A stretch of DNA of 63,773 nucleotides, filler included, from Bigelowiella natans CCMP2755 (lineage: Eukaryota; Protista; Cercozoa), in the NCBI GenBank assembly GCA_000320545.1. It is 9 parts of 9 records of this genome, joined end to end, with 100 filler letters (N's around TTAATTAATTAA, not from the genome) between each part and the next. Parts side by side here need not be neighbours in the genome. Positions count along the whole stretch, not along the records: positions 25,085 to 41,314 come from ADNK01001111.1; 8 more parts are not named here. One strand, given 5' to 3'. Below the pieces are notes generated by a model. That model saw only the letters and a program-made list of their open reading frames with translations. It did no database searches and was not told the DNA's origin. Within the stretch, counting starts at the first letter, position 1. Every line of letters begins with the position of its first letter. This document shows positions 26,061-36,468 of the stretch, one piece after another. The translations under genes and the position numbers were made by a program.

Positions 26061-26200
26061 ATATATAGCAATGGAGCACGTGGTGGCAGAAACCAACAGA
26101 CACAACATTAGCGCTGTAGCCGCTGCATTGCACAGCTACATCAGGATGACCATTGAAAAATTTTAAGTATTCATCACATCCGTCTCATATATAGCAATGG
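26061..26200 (+). mobile_element. Short dispersed repeat, copy A, flanked by 14-bp direct repeat ATATATAGCAATGG
   Basis: Core AGCGCTGTAGCCGC..GCACAGCTACATCAGGATGACCATTG is shared with ~26510, ~38588 and (inverted) ~38350-38385. Direct repeat at 26061-26074 and 26187-26200. Confidence 0.7.
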
Positions 26201-26490
26201 CGTAATGACACGTACTAATGCAGCGGCGGGTACAGTCATTACGTCATGCGTCTGAGATGTCTTTGTACCTACGCGTGCACCGGACTGAGCATCGGCAGTC
26301 AGCGTACGCTATGAGTGAGCATCTAGACATTCTTTGTGCTTTACGGTCTGCATTCTTGCTGCAATGACAAGTAATGTTGGCGAGGCGACGGTGCTTTATA
26401 GCTTGCATGCGAGCGGCATGAACGATGTAAAGGTCTGCATTCGCCACTGCATCAGAGAACGCCCTTATTCGAATGAAAGTATAAAAGATG

Positions 26491-26602
26491 CATAATGTAA
26501 CAATGCATAAGCGCTGTAGCCGCAGCTTTGCACAGCTACGTCAGGATGACCATTGCAAAGATTTAATCCATCAATTCATTACATCCTCATAATGTAACAA
26601 TG
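26491..26602 (+). mobile_element. Short dispersed repeat, copy B (left-truncated), flanked by 15-bp direct repeat CATAATGTAACAATG
   Basis: Direct repeat at 26491-26505 and 26588-26602. The interior matches copy A and abuts the Dus stop codon. Confidence 0.7.
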
Positions 26603-26604
26603 GA

Positions 26605-28665
26605 TCATTCATCATCATCACTGCTACTACATTCATCCTCATGTGAATCTTCTGCTCTAACATCAGAAGGTGTAACGTCGGTGTCGTGACATCCCATTGC
26701 TATGATCTGCTTCCTTGACATTGGACCCTTTGCGCACGAGCATATTTGCAATCGATGCTCCCAACAATGCAGTATTTCAAGCACTTGTGACGGTGTTGTT
26801 GTCCTCTTCGGATTATTGAGGAGGCTGTATAGATCTACGTTGTTGCGCGCCTTCCTCGATTGCAGCTCTGGATCCGCCCGGAAAAACGACACAACATGAT
26901 CACTCAAATAGCACATTCTGTCGGGAAACTTTTGAAACACATTTATGTATTCACGACCAAAGCTTATTCTGTTTCTTGTCGTTATCAAACAGCCGCCAGC
27001 GCAACGGTTCCTGGCCATCACGTTTTCGAAGTTTTGCCCCAGTGGACTCCGTCTTCTTCCCCAGCAATGTGCAGAGCTAGGGCTTGAAGCATTTGTAACG
27101 GTGGGGGTAGAAGTAGATAAGTTGGAGGAGGCCTTTTCTTCCGCAAGAGAACCAAGGTAGCCTTCGCAGTGGCCTCCGCCGCTTGAACTTCCACACTCCT
27201 TTCTCACCCCCCCAATCGTAGCCGTCGACCTTGTCTGTGCACTCCCGGCGGGACAGCCGAAACCAGAGAAGAGTCGTGGGTTTGCAAGCAACCCCTGAGC
27301 TGACATAACGCCGTCCGCACCTGTGTATGCCAAGCACGCCCGCGCATCTTCCAAGCATTGCACATTGCCGTTCGCTATGACGGGTATTCTAAGAGCCCGT
27401 TTGACATCACGGACAACTTCCCAGTCGGCGCTTCCGGAGTGGCGAGACCGCTCTCTCTGACGCGCGTGAATTGCCAGAAGTGAGCACCCAGAGGCCTCAA
27501 GCATCTTGGCAAATTTCAGGGTAGCTGCCCGCGTGGGCAACATTCTGATCTTGCACCAGATTGGAACCTTACACTCAGCAGCGGCCTTACGGACCATTGC
27601 AGAGACAAGGCCTGGTTTATCCATCATAAATGCTCCGAATCCGCTATGACGCGCTGATATCTGTGGGCAGCCTAGATTTAGATCCACAGCATCGCATTTA
27701 TCCTGTACCAGCTTCGCGGCTGAGCAAAAGGATTCCACATCTGTCGCGCAAAATTGGATCGCGAGTGGCCGGTCGACCTTTACTGAGATTTCGTTCCCTC
27801 CCTTATTGCAGTCAGATGGGATAGCATCTTCTATTAAGCGCAAGATATTTTTGCGGATGGCGTCGCTCGGCGCATCCACGAATCTCTTCGCACGAATCAT
27901 CGGAGTGTAGCAAAGGCCCACGTTGTATTTGCGACATAGTATTCTAAACGGCAGCTCTGATTGTTTCACCATCGGAGCCATAATATATTTTGGAGCACCG
28001 AGAGATTTCCACGAACGCTGCGCCCTCTCACCGTGCTCCTTCAGACAGGCTTTTGTGGTCCTGATTGTAATCTTACTCGCATCATTGCGCTGGCTATTCT
28101 CTGCCTCCCTTTCGTGCCGGCCTTTCTCTTCACTCTCGGAAACCTCCTTACTTTCATTTCGATCACGCTCGCGCAGCTGATGACGCCTACCTCTACGGTG
28201 AGTCTCAAAGTCCTTCTCGTCAGCGAACCATAAGTTGCACAGGTGGCAAGGAACTGAGAGCGCATCGCGGTCGGTATTGGTCATTTGGTGCCATTCACGG
28301 CTATCCACATGTATTACCACCTCTTCATCAGCACTGACGTTCGAATTCTTATTTACTTTCCTTGACGATGATTCACTGTATTGCCTGAGCGATGATAACG
28401 ACGGCGATGACGATGATGATGATGATGATGACGACGACGATGATTGGTCGGCTGTAGTTCTCAACCGCTCCATTTTCAAACCATCTACGGTTGGTGAATC
28501 TTCATTAGGGAGATGTCCATCGAAGCTAGCCATGTTTAAGATTCTGGGGGACCCAGATGAGCCTTCCCTAACCAAGTTCGCGAATTTCCGAGGCCATCTG
28601 GCCGACCGCCATTCTGCTCGCGGAGCGATGCCGGCGAATTCTTCCCGAAAGCGTCTAAATATCAT
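26605..28665 (-). CDS. DUS1: tRNA-dihydrouridine synthase (Dus1-like) with N-terminal C2H2 (matrin/U1-type) zinc finger, intronless
   Basis: MAPMVKQSELPFRILCRKY, YTPM, DRPLAIQF, DLNLGCPQ (catalytic Cys), CKIR, IHAR, PVIANGNV, DGVMSAQGLLANP. Zinc finger CHLCNLWFADEKDFETHRRGRRH. Confidence 0.92.
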   Translation of the reverse strand: MIFRRFREEFAGIAPRAEWRSARWPRKFANLVREGSSGSPRILNMASFDGHLPNEDSPTVDGLKMERLRTTADQSSSSSSSSSSSSSPSLSSLRQYSESSSRKVNKNSNVSADEEVVIHVDSREWHQMTNTDRDALSVPCHLCNLWFADEKDFETHRRGRRHQLRERDRNESKEVSESEEKGRHEREAENSQRNDASKITIRTTKACLKEHGERAQRSWKSLGAPKYIMAPMVKQSELPFRILCRKYNVGLCYTPMIRAKRFVDAPSDAIRKNILRLIEDAIPSDCNKGGNEISVKVDRPLAIQFCATDVESFCSAAKLVQDKCDAVDLNLGCPQISARHSGFGAFMMDKPGLVSAMVRKAAAECKVPIWCKIRMLPTRAATLKFAKMLEASGCSLLAIHARQRERSRHSGSADWEVVRDVKRALRIPVIANGNVQCLEDARACLAYTGADGVMSAQGLLANPRLFSGFGCPAGSAQTRSTATIGGVRKECGSSSGGGHCEGYLGSLAEEKASSNLSTSTPTVTNASSPSSAHCWGRRRSPLGQNFENVMARNRCAGGCLITTRNRISFGREYINVFQKFPDRMCYLSDHVVSFFRADPELQSRKARNNVDLYSLLNNPKRTTTPSQVLEILHCWEHRLQICSCAKGPMSRKQIIAMGCHDTDVTPSDVRAEDSHEDECSSSDDDE

Positions 28666-28820
28666 GTCGCAATTACATAATGGGATATATCACCGACCAT
28701 TTCATATCTACGACAATAACTTTGTTCCTTTCTTCCCCTTTGAGATTTCAGAGCTGGAAGCCTTGCCGAATAATTTCACGGCAGGCATTGCTGAGTTGGA
28801 TTATTTTCCTTGAACGGCAT

Positions 28821-31811
28821 ATGTGGATGTCGTCGCATGCAAAATGCAAGGGTATTTCGGTCGAAAGCGCCGTGGGAATGGGCTAGGTTGAGCTGGTTGG
28901 CGGAGGTGGTATGAGTGCGTTGACCTCCCCAACAGGAGTCAAAGAGTCAAAGCTATCAGAAAAATAACCAAAAACTAGAAGCACCGCCCCGGGAAGGGCC
29001 GGAGGCGAACTACCCTCTTCTCCTTCACTCCGAAACCAAGCGCGAGGGGACACTGGTATTACTGTGCCGATGGTGATGGTCGCGGCGATGGCGGCTAGGC
29101 TTGAATGAAAGAATTTTTTTGTTTTGTCTTTGACAGGAGCCCCATTCGGCAAGATGCCTTTGGAGATGGGGATGCCAACGCAGCTGATCTCCTCAACGTC
29201 ACCAGCTCCGCTTTACGTTCCCACACCAGGCCAACCCCCGATACAACCTAACGGAAAGAGCTCCCTTTCAGTCTCTCATGGCGCGGAAGCTCAACTAACG
29301 CAAGATGCGGACTCCAAAGGAATCATGTATGAAGATGTCGCCACAAATGGAATCTACTCTGTCACAATCTAACTCTGTTTTGGTTTGAACAGTGGCGGCA
29401 AGGAGGCAACCCCATCGGTGGCGAGCTCGAAACATAAACGTCCGAGAGAGGGGTCTGCTGCTTTCCACCGACCCCCGAAAAAGCAGCAAAAGAATCACTC
29501 GAAGAAGGTATGGTATCACACGCCGAATCAACTCTGTGAATGTATTCTTGTAATGCAAATATGATTCATTGTATCGTTCCGGAATCATCCTTATCACAGG
29601 GCCCCTCTACCTCTGCGCCACGGAAACGAGGCAAGAAGCATTGCAATTTCACCTACCAGCAAGTAACAATCTTGAGGAAGTGGTTCATGGTAATGCAAAC
29701 AGGAAATACACAATGGAAACCTTATCATTATTTGATTTCGTTACTAACCTGCCATTTTTACCTTATCATCATCTTGACTGTTGAAGCTCGTTCAATCAGG
29801 AGCATCTTGATGACCCATACCCCTCCCCGCTGGTAAAGGAAGACCTGTGCGCGAAAACAGGGTTGAGCTGGAAGCAAGTTAGCGATTGGTGTCGACTAAG
29901 ATAATTCCAGACAACGATGATAAGTGAGAAGGCATTCATTCTAAATGATCTTCCTATCCAAAAGGTTTCAAAATGCTAGATGCCGTACCCTGCCGAAATC
30001 GCTTCCAAATGCTCGAAGTCGTAGTACCTTGGCAAAGGCCAAGAATGGAAACATGATGAACGCTGCTACAAATGAGTGGAAGTCTACACCGGTTCCGGCT
30101 GCTGCTACTGTACAGGTGCGACCGGGCATTCAGAGGGGGAGAGGGAGAGAAGATACTGAGATGGAAATGAGATGAAATGAGAAGAAACCGGATGTTTGTA
30201 AAAAGGAGTAAGATGCCACGTGCATAAACTGAACATTTTGCTTCTGATGAAATTCTGAATTTTTTTTACGAGAATCAAAATAGCTCATGGTAAATAAGCA
30301 ACGTTCAAATTATTCGACGCGTTATCATGACTCTAGACCGTCAACTCCTGATGTTTGGCATATTCCCCCCACTCAGCAGCTGCAGCAGCAACAACAGAGG
30401 CCTGGAAGCGTAGATGTACCTGTCGTCGTCTCTGTGCCAATGTTAGCGACGTCCCTACAAATATCATCGCAACCGCCAACGCCGCTTACCAACACTCTTG
30501 CCCCTGATCTTACTTCGTCGTCATCAAACATCGCTCCCCCACAGCCCCCACCTCTTCCAGCTACAATGATGATGATGATGTCACCATTGTCCCTATCATC
30601 GCCCTCTTCACCATCGATACAGCAGCAGGCAGGACGAGGGAGGGCGGCAATGGCTGCTGCCAGCGCAGCGACGCCTGCTCATAGCATTCCTCAACGGTCC
30701 ACAGAAACCCATACCGCTCCCTTACCCGGCAACGGTATGAACCTATTTCCGACAATGCGAACGTTCGGTGTTCCCGGTGCCCTCGCAGCATCATCTGGTA
30801 CAATGCCATCATCATCGCTCTCCCATGCGCAGAAGGTGTCATCAGCAGTCGTCCCCCCACCATCAGCACCGGGGCCGGCAGCAGCAGCAGCAGCAGCCGT
30901 ATCAGGGCGAAAGCAAGTGAAGAGGCGTGCGCGGCTCCCTCGCAAAGCGCGGGAGGTGCTTCAGGATTGGTTTGTGGCCCATATAACATATCCGTACCCC
31001 ACCGCATCGGAGAAGCAGATGCTGCAGAAGCAAACCGGGCTGACGCCTCGCCAGATCTTCAACTGGTTCACCAACCGTCGCAAGCGCGACCCGAAATGGA
31101 CGCCGCAGAGAAGATCCGCCCCCTCGCCGTCAGCATCATCGTCGTTGTCATCGCCATCGACGAAGGCTGCTAAAGCCACCGCGGCTGGTAATGCTGCTGA
31201 TGTGACTCCTCCCACCGAATCAACAGTCACAGCAGCAGCAAGCCTCCCGATGACGGCAGCAACACCATCATCAGGTGACACAAAAGCCAACATGGCGAGC
31301 AATCCAGGACATAGTAACAGCATTGGTGTGATGGCCACCGGCCTCTCAACCGCACATATCACTTCTACCAACGCTTCCGCTGCCATCGATACAGTGCGGA
31401 TGGGCGAACAGGTTTTGGCTCTTGTGCAGGACCCCCCTCCCCCTCCTCTACCACCGCTGCCTCAGAAGAAATCGTCGTCGTCGACGACACCAGCAGGGGG
31501 GGGGCAAGCGACTGTAATATTGACGTTACCCCCGACCTCTCTCAATATCTTACCATCCGCAGGAGCACCACCACCAGCACCGCCGCCGCCGCAAACACTA
31601 ACGCATCTTCCGCCTCCATCATTGCCTCCATCATTATTGACGCCTCTGCCTTCCACGGAAGGAGAGCAAAAAACCGTGATCACTACCGAGCAGTCAGTTT
31701 CACCAGCACGGGTAATAACAGAGCCGGCGGCGGCAGCAGCGACAAATCAAACGACTCACGAGCCGCCGCAGCCTTTGCCATCACCGACACCACCTCCTCC
31801 TCCCGTCAACA

Positions 31812-31843
<32 letters not shown>

Positions 31844-32494
31844 ACTGCACAGTCACAAAGCTTATTGGCTGTTCCTGCAGCAGCACCACCACCACCACCA
31901 GCAAAAGCGGCATCATCATCATCATCAAAAATAAACCTCGCAGCTGCAGCTGCAGCACCAGCAGCAGCAGTACATGTTGTCTCGTCATCATCATCACCAC
32001 AAGCTGCTCCCTCCCCAGCACCAGTGCCGTCGTCACAGAATGGTATCCACCAACAGCTTCAGCGGCCGCAGGTTGGAGACGGAGTTGTCGCTGCTTCTGT
32101 CATCTCCGGTAGCGTGGATCTCGCGGCGGATAAGCCATCGATGCCGCTCACAAGTGGCGATAGTAAAGACGCGCCAATGGTGCCGGTGCCGCCCCGCAAT
32201 TCCTCAAATAGTGTAGATGGTTCTGCCTCATCTCAGTTGAGTACAACTGTCCTGTCGTCACCGCCTCCCTCCAAGAGCGGGGGAGTTGCAGGTGAATCTG
32301 CTAGCAAAGAGTCTAAAAAAACGATGGTGGCTTCAACACAGGCATCCACAGAAAGAACAGGCGTTGGGAACGCACCACCCCAGCCGCCGCAGACTTCGTC
32401 TTCATCATCATCGTCATCATCGAAGACGGGGAAGAAGAAGAAGAAGCCTGATTTAGGAAGCGAGGCGGAGTTATTATTAGCTCTTGCAGGCTAG
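28821..32494 (+). CDS. Transcription factor with two TALE-class homeodomains
   Basis: Phase-consistent exons 28821-28851, ~29137-29327, 29391-29507, 29600-29688, 29800-29888, 29965-30114, 30377-32494. HD1 HCNFTYQQVTILRKWFM/EHLDDPYPSPLVKEDLCAKTGLSWKQVSDW/FQNARCR. HD2 RRARLPRKAREVLQDWFVAHITYPYPTASEKQMLQKQTGLTPRQIFNWFTNRRKR. Long P/S/A-rich tail. Confidence 0.9.
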
Positions 32495-32545
32495 GGAAAC
32501 ACATTTTCCTCTCCGAACCCCTGAGGAATAAATACACGTCATATA

Positions 32546-32577
<32 letters not shown>

Positions 32578-32999
32578 TATGTATATCTGTGTGTGTATGT
32601 GTGTGCAATTTAGTGTGTATAATCACACCTACGTCGTTGCTACTGTATTTCTACATGATCGTTACATGTGGTATTTATTAGGAACAACATGTCAACGTAT
32701 TTATACAATCTGGTTATGTACATGCACAATAAGGACACGTTTAGCTTGTGACTGTTACCAACTAGTATTGTTGATTGTCCGTGCATGAAATTTTAGTTTT
32801 AAGTAACATTCGTCCTTGCTACAAATGTAATAAATCTTTAACACTTGGTGCATAATGTATGTCAGTATATGTAATTCTAGAAGTATGTGTGTATAAATAT
32901 ATATATATGTATGGGATAGAGTAGAAGAGGCATCAGCCGTCCAATTTGTGAAATGCGTGTCCATAGTCCCGTGGATGTAATGATGTCTACAGATGTGCC

Positions 33000-34080
33000 A
33001 TGCATGCAGCACATAGCACACTAGCACAGTGTGTCGATGTCCACTAACTGTGTCCCAGTACTGACGATGTACATCGCATCATAGCTAGCTGCACGCACAT
33101 TACAGTGACGAGGTAGCGAGGCATCGCGTTGTCATCCTGCTAGCATGCTCTTCGATCGATGCACAGTCTGTAGTGTCTCTAGGTCTAGTAGCGAGACGGG
33201 AATGACACTGACATGCATGCAAGCTAGCCAGTGCGGCACCAGCTAGCCAGTTCTAGAGTTCCGCACAGTCATCTAGTCATGCTAGTGCACAAGACTGGAG
33301 CACTAGAGCATGCTAGCATGCCAGCATGCACGCACAATCTAGCAATGCTAGAATGTCACAACAAACATCATTGATTGTTTGCTCGTAGCGCAGGCACGCG
33401 TTCATGCATCTTGCGTGTTGTGTGAAGCGGCATCTGATTGCATGTTGGTGGCTGATGCACAGTGGAGTCCAGCATTCTGGCATTCTAGGGGTGCAAGAGT
33501 GTCGCAACAAGCTAGCAAGGGCGGCGAGCTAGCTAGCTAGCGCAAGGTTCCAGCCCCAGAGCCACATCTAGCACATGTGCACGTCTCACATCGTGTCGAG
33601 CACGTGTTGATCAATCTAGCAATGACCACTGCACGTGATGCTGCCACAAGCACACGCATTGGCCACTTTGCCACTTGCAATGAGCAATTGTGTTGTGGTC
33701 ACATCATGCGTTCCCCACTTTGCGACCACCATGCAACCATCTGTCAAGGTGATTCACTGAATCAAGAGGAAACTTGGCATTTGTTGCTTCGGATTGAGAC
33801 TGGACCGCGAAGTCCACTGTGTCGGTGCTGACCGGAAGTGAGCGTTGCCTTTCGTGGCAGCGGAAGCAGGATGGAAGCACTCTTCATGCACTCAGGCTGT
33901 GAGGTGGTCTGGAATCTAGAGTGGGACGATGACACGGAACAACGGCCAGAATCTCCTGTGCTGCTTCGATGCGAGATCACACACGCGCCGCAACCCAGAC
34001 GCAACAACGATGCACACCAGGAAACGGCTGCGCAGAAGAGCACGAGCAGCACGTGTGGGGAGAAATCTGGAGAAAAAAGC
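33000..34080. other. TpA-depleted, CTAG-rich intergenic island 4
   Basis: Hand count for 33121-34080: about 23 TA, made up of 20 CTAG and 3 GTAG, with no TAA, TAT or TAC on the + strand. CpG is common. Confidence 0.92.
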
Positions 34081-34325
34081 AGGCCGTTCGAATTTATTTT
34101 AGTCAGAATTTACTGCAAAATGTGCAAAAACGCCGACTGCGCAGTTGCTTTTGGTTACGCATTTTCAACTGGAGTTAGTTCGAAGGAACAACACTGAAGA
34201 CCCTCTGCCTGCTGCCGAGGTAGCCAAACGTGCCGCCGGCAAAACTCCTTCCCATCCTACAGCCAACTCGAACAATTGAGTGCACAACGAAAATCGCAGA
34301 ACGCCAGCTATCTTGCTTTGCCACG

Positions 34326-35290
34326 ATGCCAACAGGTATTGAAGCATGTCAACGATTTCGCCGTCGTCGCCGATGTGTCTGAATAGTTTTCAGCGTCTAC
34401 GAAGTTCACAATTTGTCTAATCTACATATGTTGTGCTTCCTCAAATTTTTCGATGTTCGGTTTATCTTTATGGTAATTTTTGGCTACACGGATACTCAAC
34501 CACCCTCTTCAGAACTTAAGGTTTTTTTTTCATCATTCCCATTCACTCTTCTCGCACGAACATATGGGTGTGTAAATTAGCTTACATTCCAGGATATTTA
34601 CATGAGTTTTTGTAAGTTCGGCGATCCTTCAAACAAGGGAACAATGACTGGTATGGGGATATACCAGTTTTAAGTCTCTCTTGACGGGTTTTTGTCTTTC
34701 AGGTGCAAAGTTCTTCAAGTTTTGCAAAGATTGCAAGATCGCTGACTCCAAGGTGTCGACCAAGAATCTGTCTTTAGAAAAATGGTCGAACATAGTCTGC
34801 TCTAAATCTACAGATCACACGGACGGACATCGACATGCTGTTCGCCAAGATCAAAGTTAAAGGGACTCGAACTATCACTTTCTCTATTTTTAAGAGTGCT
34901 ATCCCTCAGCTGGCAGCTAAAAAATACGGCCCTGGAAGCGAGGAAAAGCTAACAGACCTTATCAAGAAGAATGGATTCTCTAAATCTTCTGGAACAAAGG
35001 TACAAGGAAAGGGAATCATCCCATATGACAAATATTAACAAGACGGGTTATTTTTTGTAAGGCTAAGGCAACACGTTTCCATGATGATAAGAGCCAATAT
35101 ACTGGCGTGTACAAAAATGGTGGTCCGAGTTCGGTGTCAGGACACAAAATCACGCTTTCTAAGATGATGGATCGGTATTTTGTTACTTTTCCGATTATAT
35201 CATCCTTGTTCACCGTCCTGCTCTATCTCTCTGTTCAGATCTAAGGCTAATGTGCGCGGTGTAAATTACCGTTACGACCACAACAAGTAG
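34326..35290 (+). CDS. TPPP: TPPP/p25-alpha family tubulin polymerization-promoting protein (no GxGxGxxGR tail motif)
   Basis: Spliced MPTE/LK/DIYMSFCKFGDPSNKGTMTG/AKFFKFCKDCKIADSK/ITRTDIDMLFAKIKVKGTRTITFSIFK...SSGTK/AKATRFHDDKSQYTGVYKNGGP...MMDR/SKANVRGVNYRYDHNK*. Confidence 0.88.
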
Positions 35291-35339
35291 AGCCTTTCTA
35301 GCTGTGCACTAATTCCTGATGATCATGTACATCACAGCC

Positions 35340-36300
35340 AAAATGCATCAAGTTTCGTACATGCAAACTCTGTCACACATTCATGTTTTCTTGCGGTCTA
35401 GCGGTGCGCTGTGTGCACGGTGCACGTGCACAGTGTCTATTGTATTGGCACAGTGCTGCATGTGATTGAGATGTGCACCCACAAATCTAGAAATGTGCGC
35501 ATGTTGTTCATGTAACACAGCATCGATCTTCGCTCGAACGATGTGCCATCACTTGCACGGCGCCAGCTTGCCAGGGCGACAAGTCGTGACGTGCGATCAA
35601 CGCGCACGCCACCATGCTGGCATGTGCGCCCACCTAGCCACTCTAACTGCTAGCTAGCACTGTGAAACGATGCGTTTGTGCACATCATTTCACTGCTTTC
35701 ACTGCAGCCCAGCAGTGCTAGAGTGATGGATGAACATTGCTAGATTGCTAGATTGGTTGGATCGATGAAGCTAGCACTCTGCTCTCGAGTGTAAAACACA
35801 GGCACGCTAGCTAGCTAGCTAGCTAGACGTGCTGCAGCGTGTCCTCGTGTCCAGTCTGCAGTCCTCAATGACATTCAAAACTTCCATGCTAGCATGGGAC
35901 TTTCAACAACGGTTGTTCCACCACCCCTAGCTTTCCAATTCCATTCCTCTGTGCGAATCCCACAGCAGCCACACCAAATGCTGGCACGCTCAAATGGGCT
36001 GCCAATGCTGGATCGTCACCCAGCAATTCTTAGCGCAGCATGAATGTGCAAGCGAATCGAAGCAATGCACTGTGCTGGTGGGGACTGAGTCACGGGACAG
36101 ACCGCTCACGATTGTTTGCTCGATTTCAATCAAAGTTGCAAAGTGGTGAAATCCTGTGCGGTCAATCCCATGACTCGATCAGTCGGTGAGTGGATGAATG
36201 GATGCACGAAGTGGTTCCAATGGTGCAGCTGAAAGGATCGATCATTGGACATGTTCTGGCTCATCCACACTTGTGGGGGCGGACCCGTTGCTCGGGGGAA
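35340..36300. other. TpA-depleted, CTAG-rich intergenic island 5
   Basis: Hand count for 35521-36300: about 17 TA, made up of 14 CTAG plus CTAA, TTAG and GTAA. (CTAG)5 at ~35807-35826. No TA seen in 36061-36300. Confidence 0.9.
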
Positions 36301-36468
36301 GAAGACTACTTTAGAAAGAAAGAATGAGAAAGAAAGAAACAGAGAACGAACATTGGACAGAGAGATCATTGAACTTCGCCATGTCGAAGCAGGCCGACCT
36401 TTGGAACAATGAACAATGAACAATGATGACAAACTACTTTGGTACTCTTCGTGGAAACCAACCAAAGG

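Noticed and set aside
26540-26595. SECIS-like ATGA...AAA...TGA in the Dus 3' region
   Set aside because: The helix register does not fit the G.A quartet, there is no in-frame Sec codon, and the sequence belongs to the dispersed repeat.
28235-28813. 192-aa plus-strand ORF and similar antisense ORFs over UPRT, TALE and rhomboid
   Set aside because: Antisense shadows of well-supported genes with no motifs of their own.
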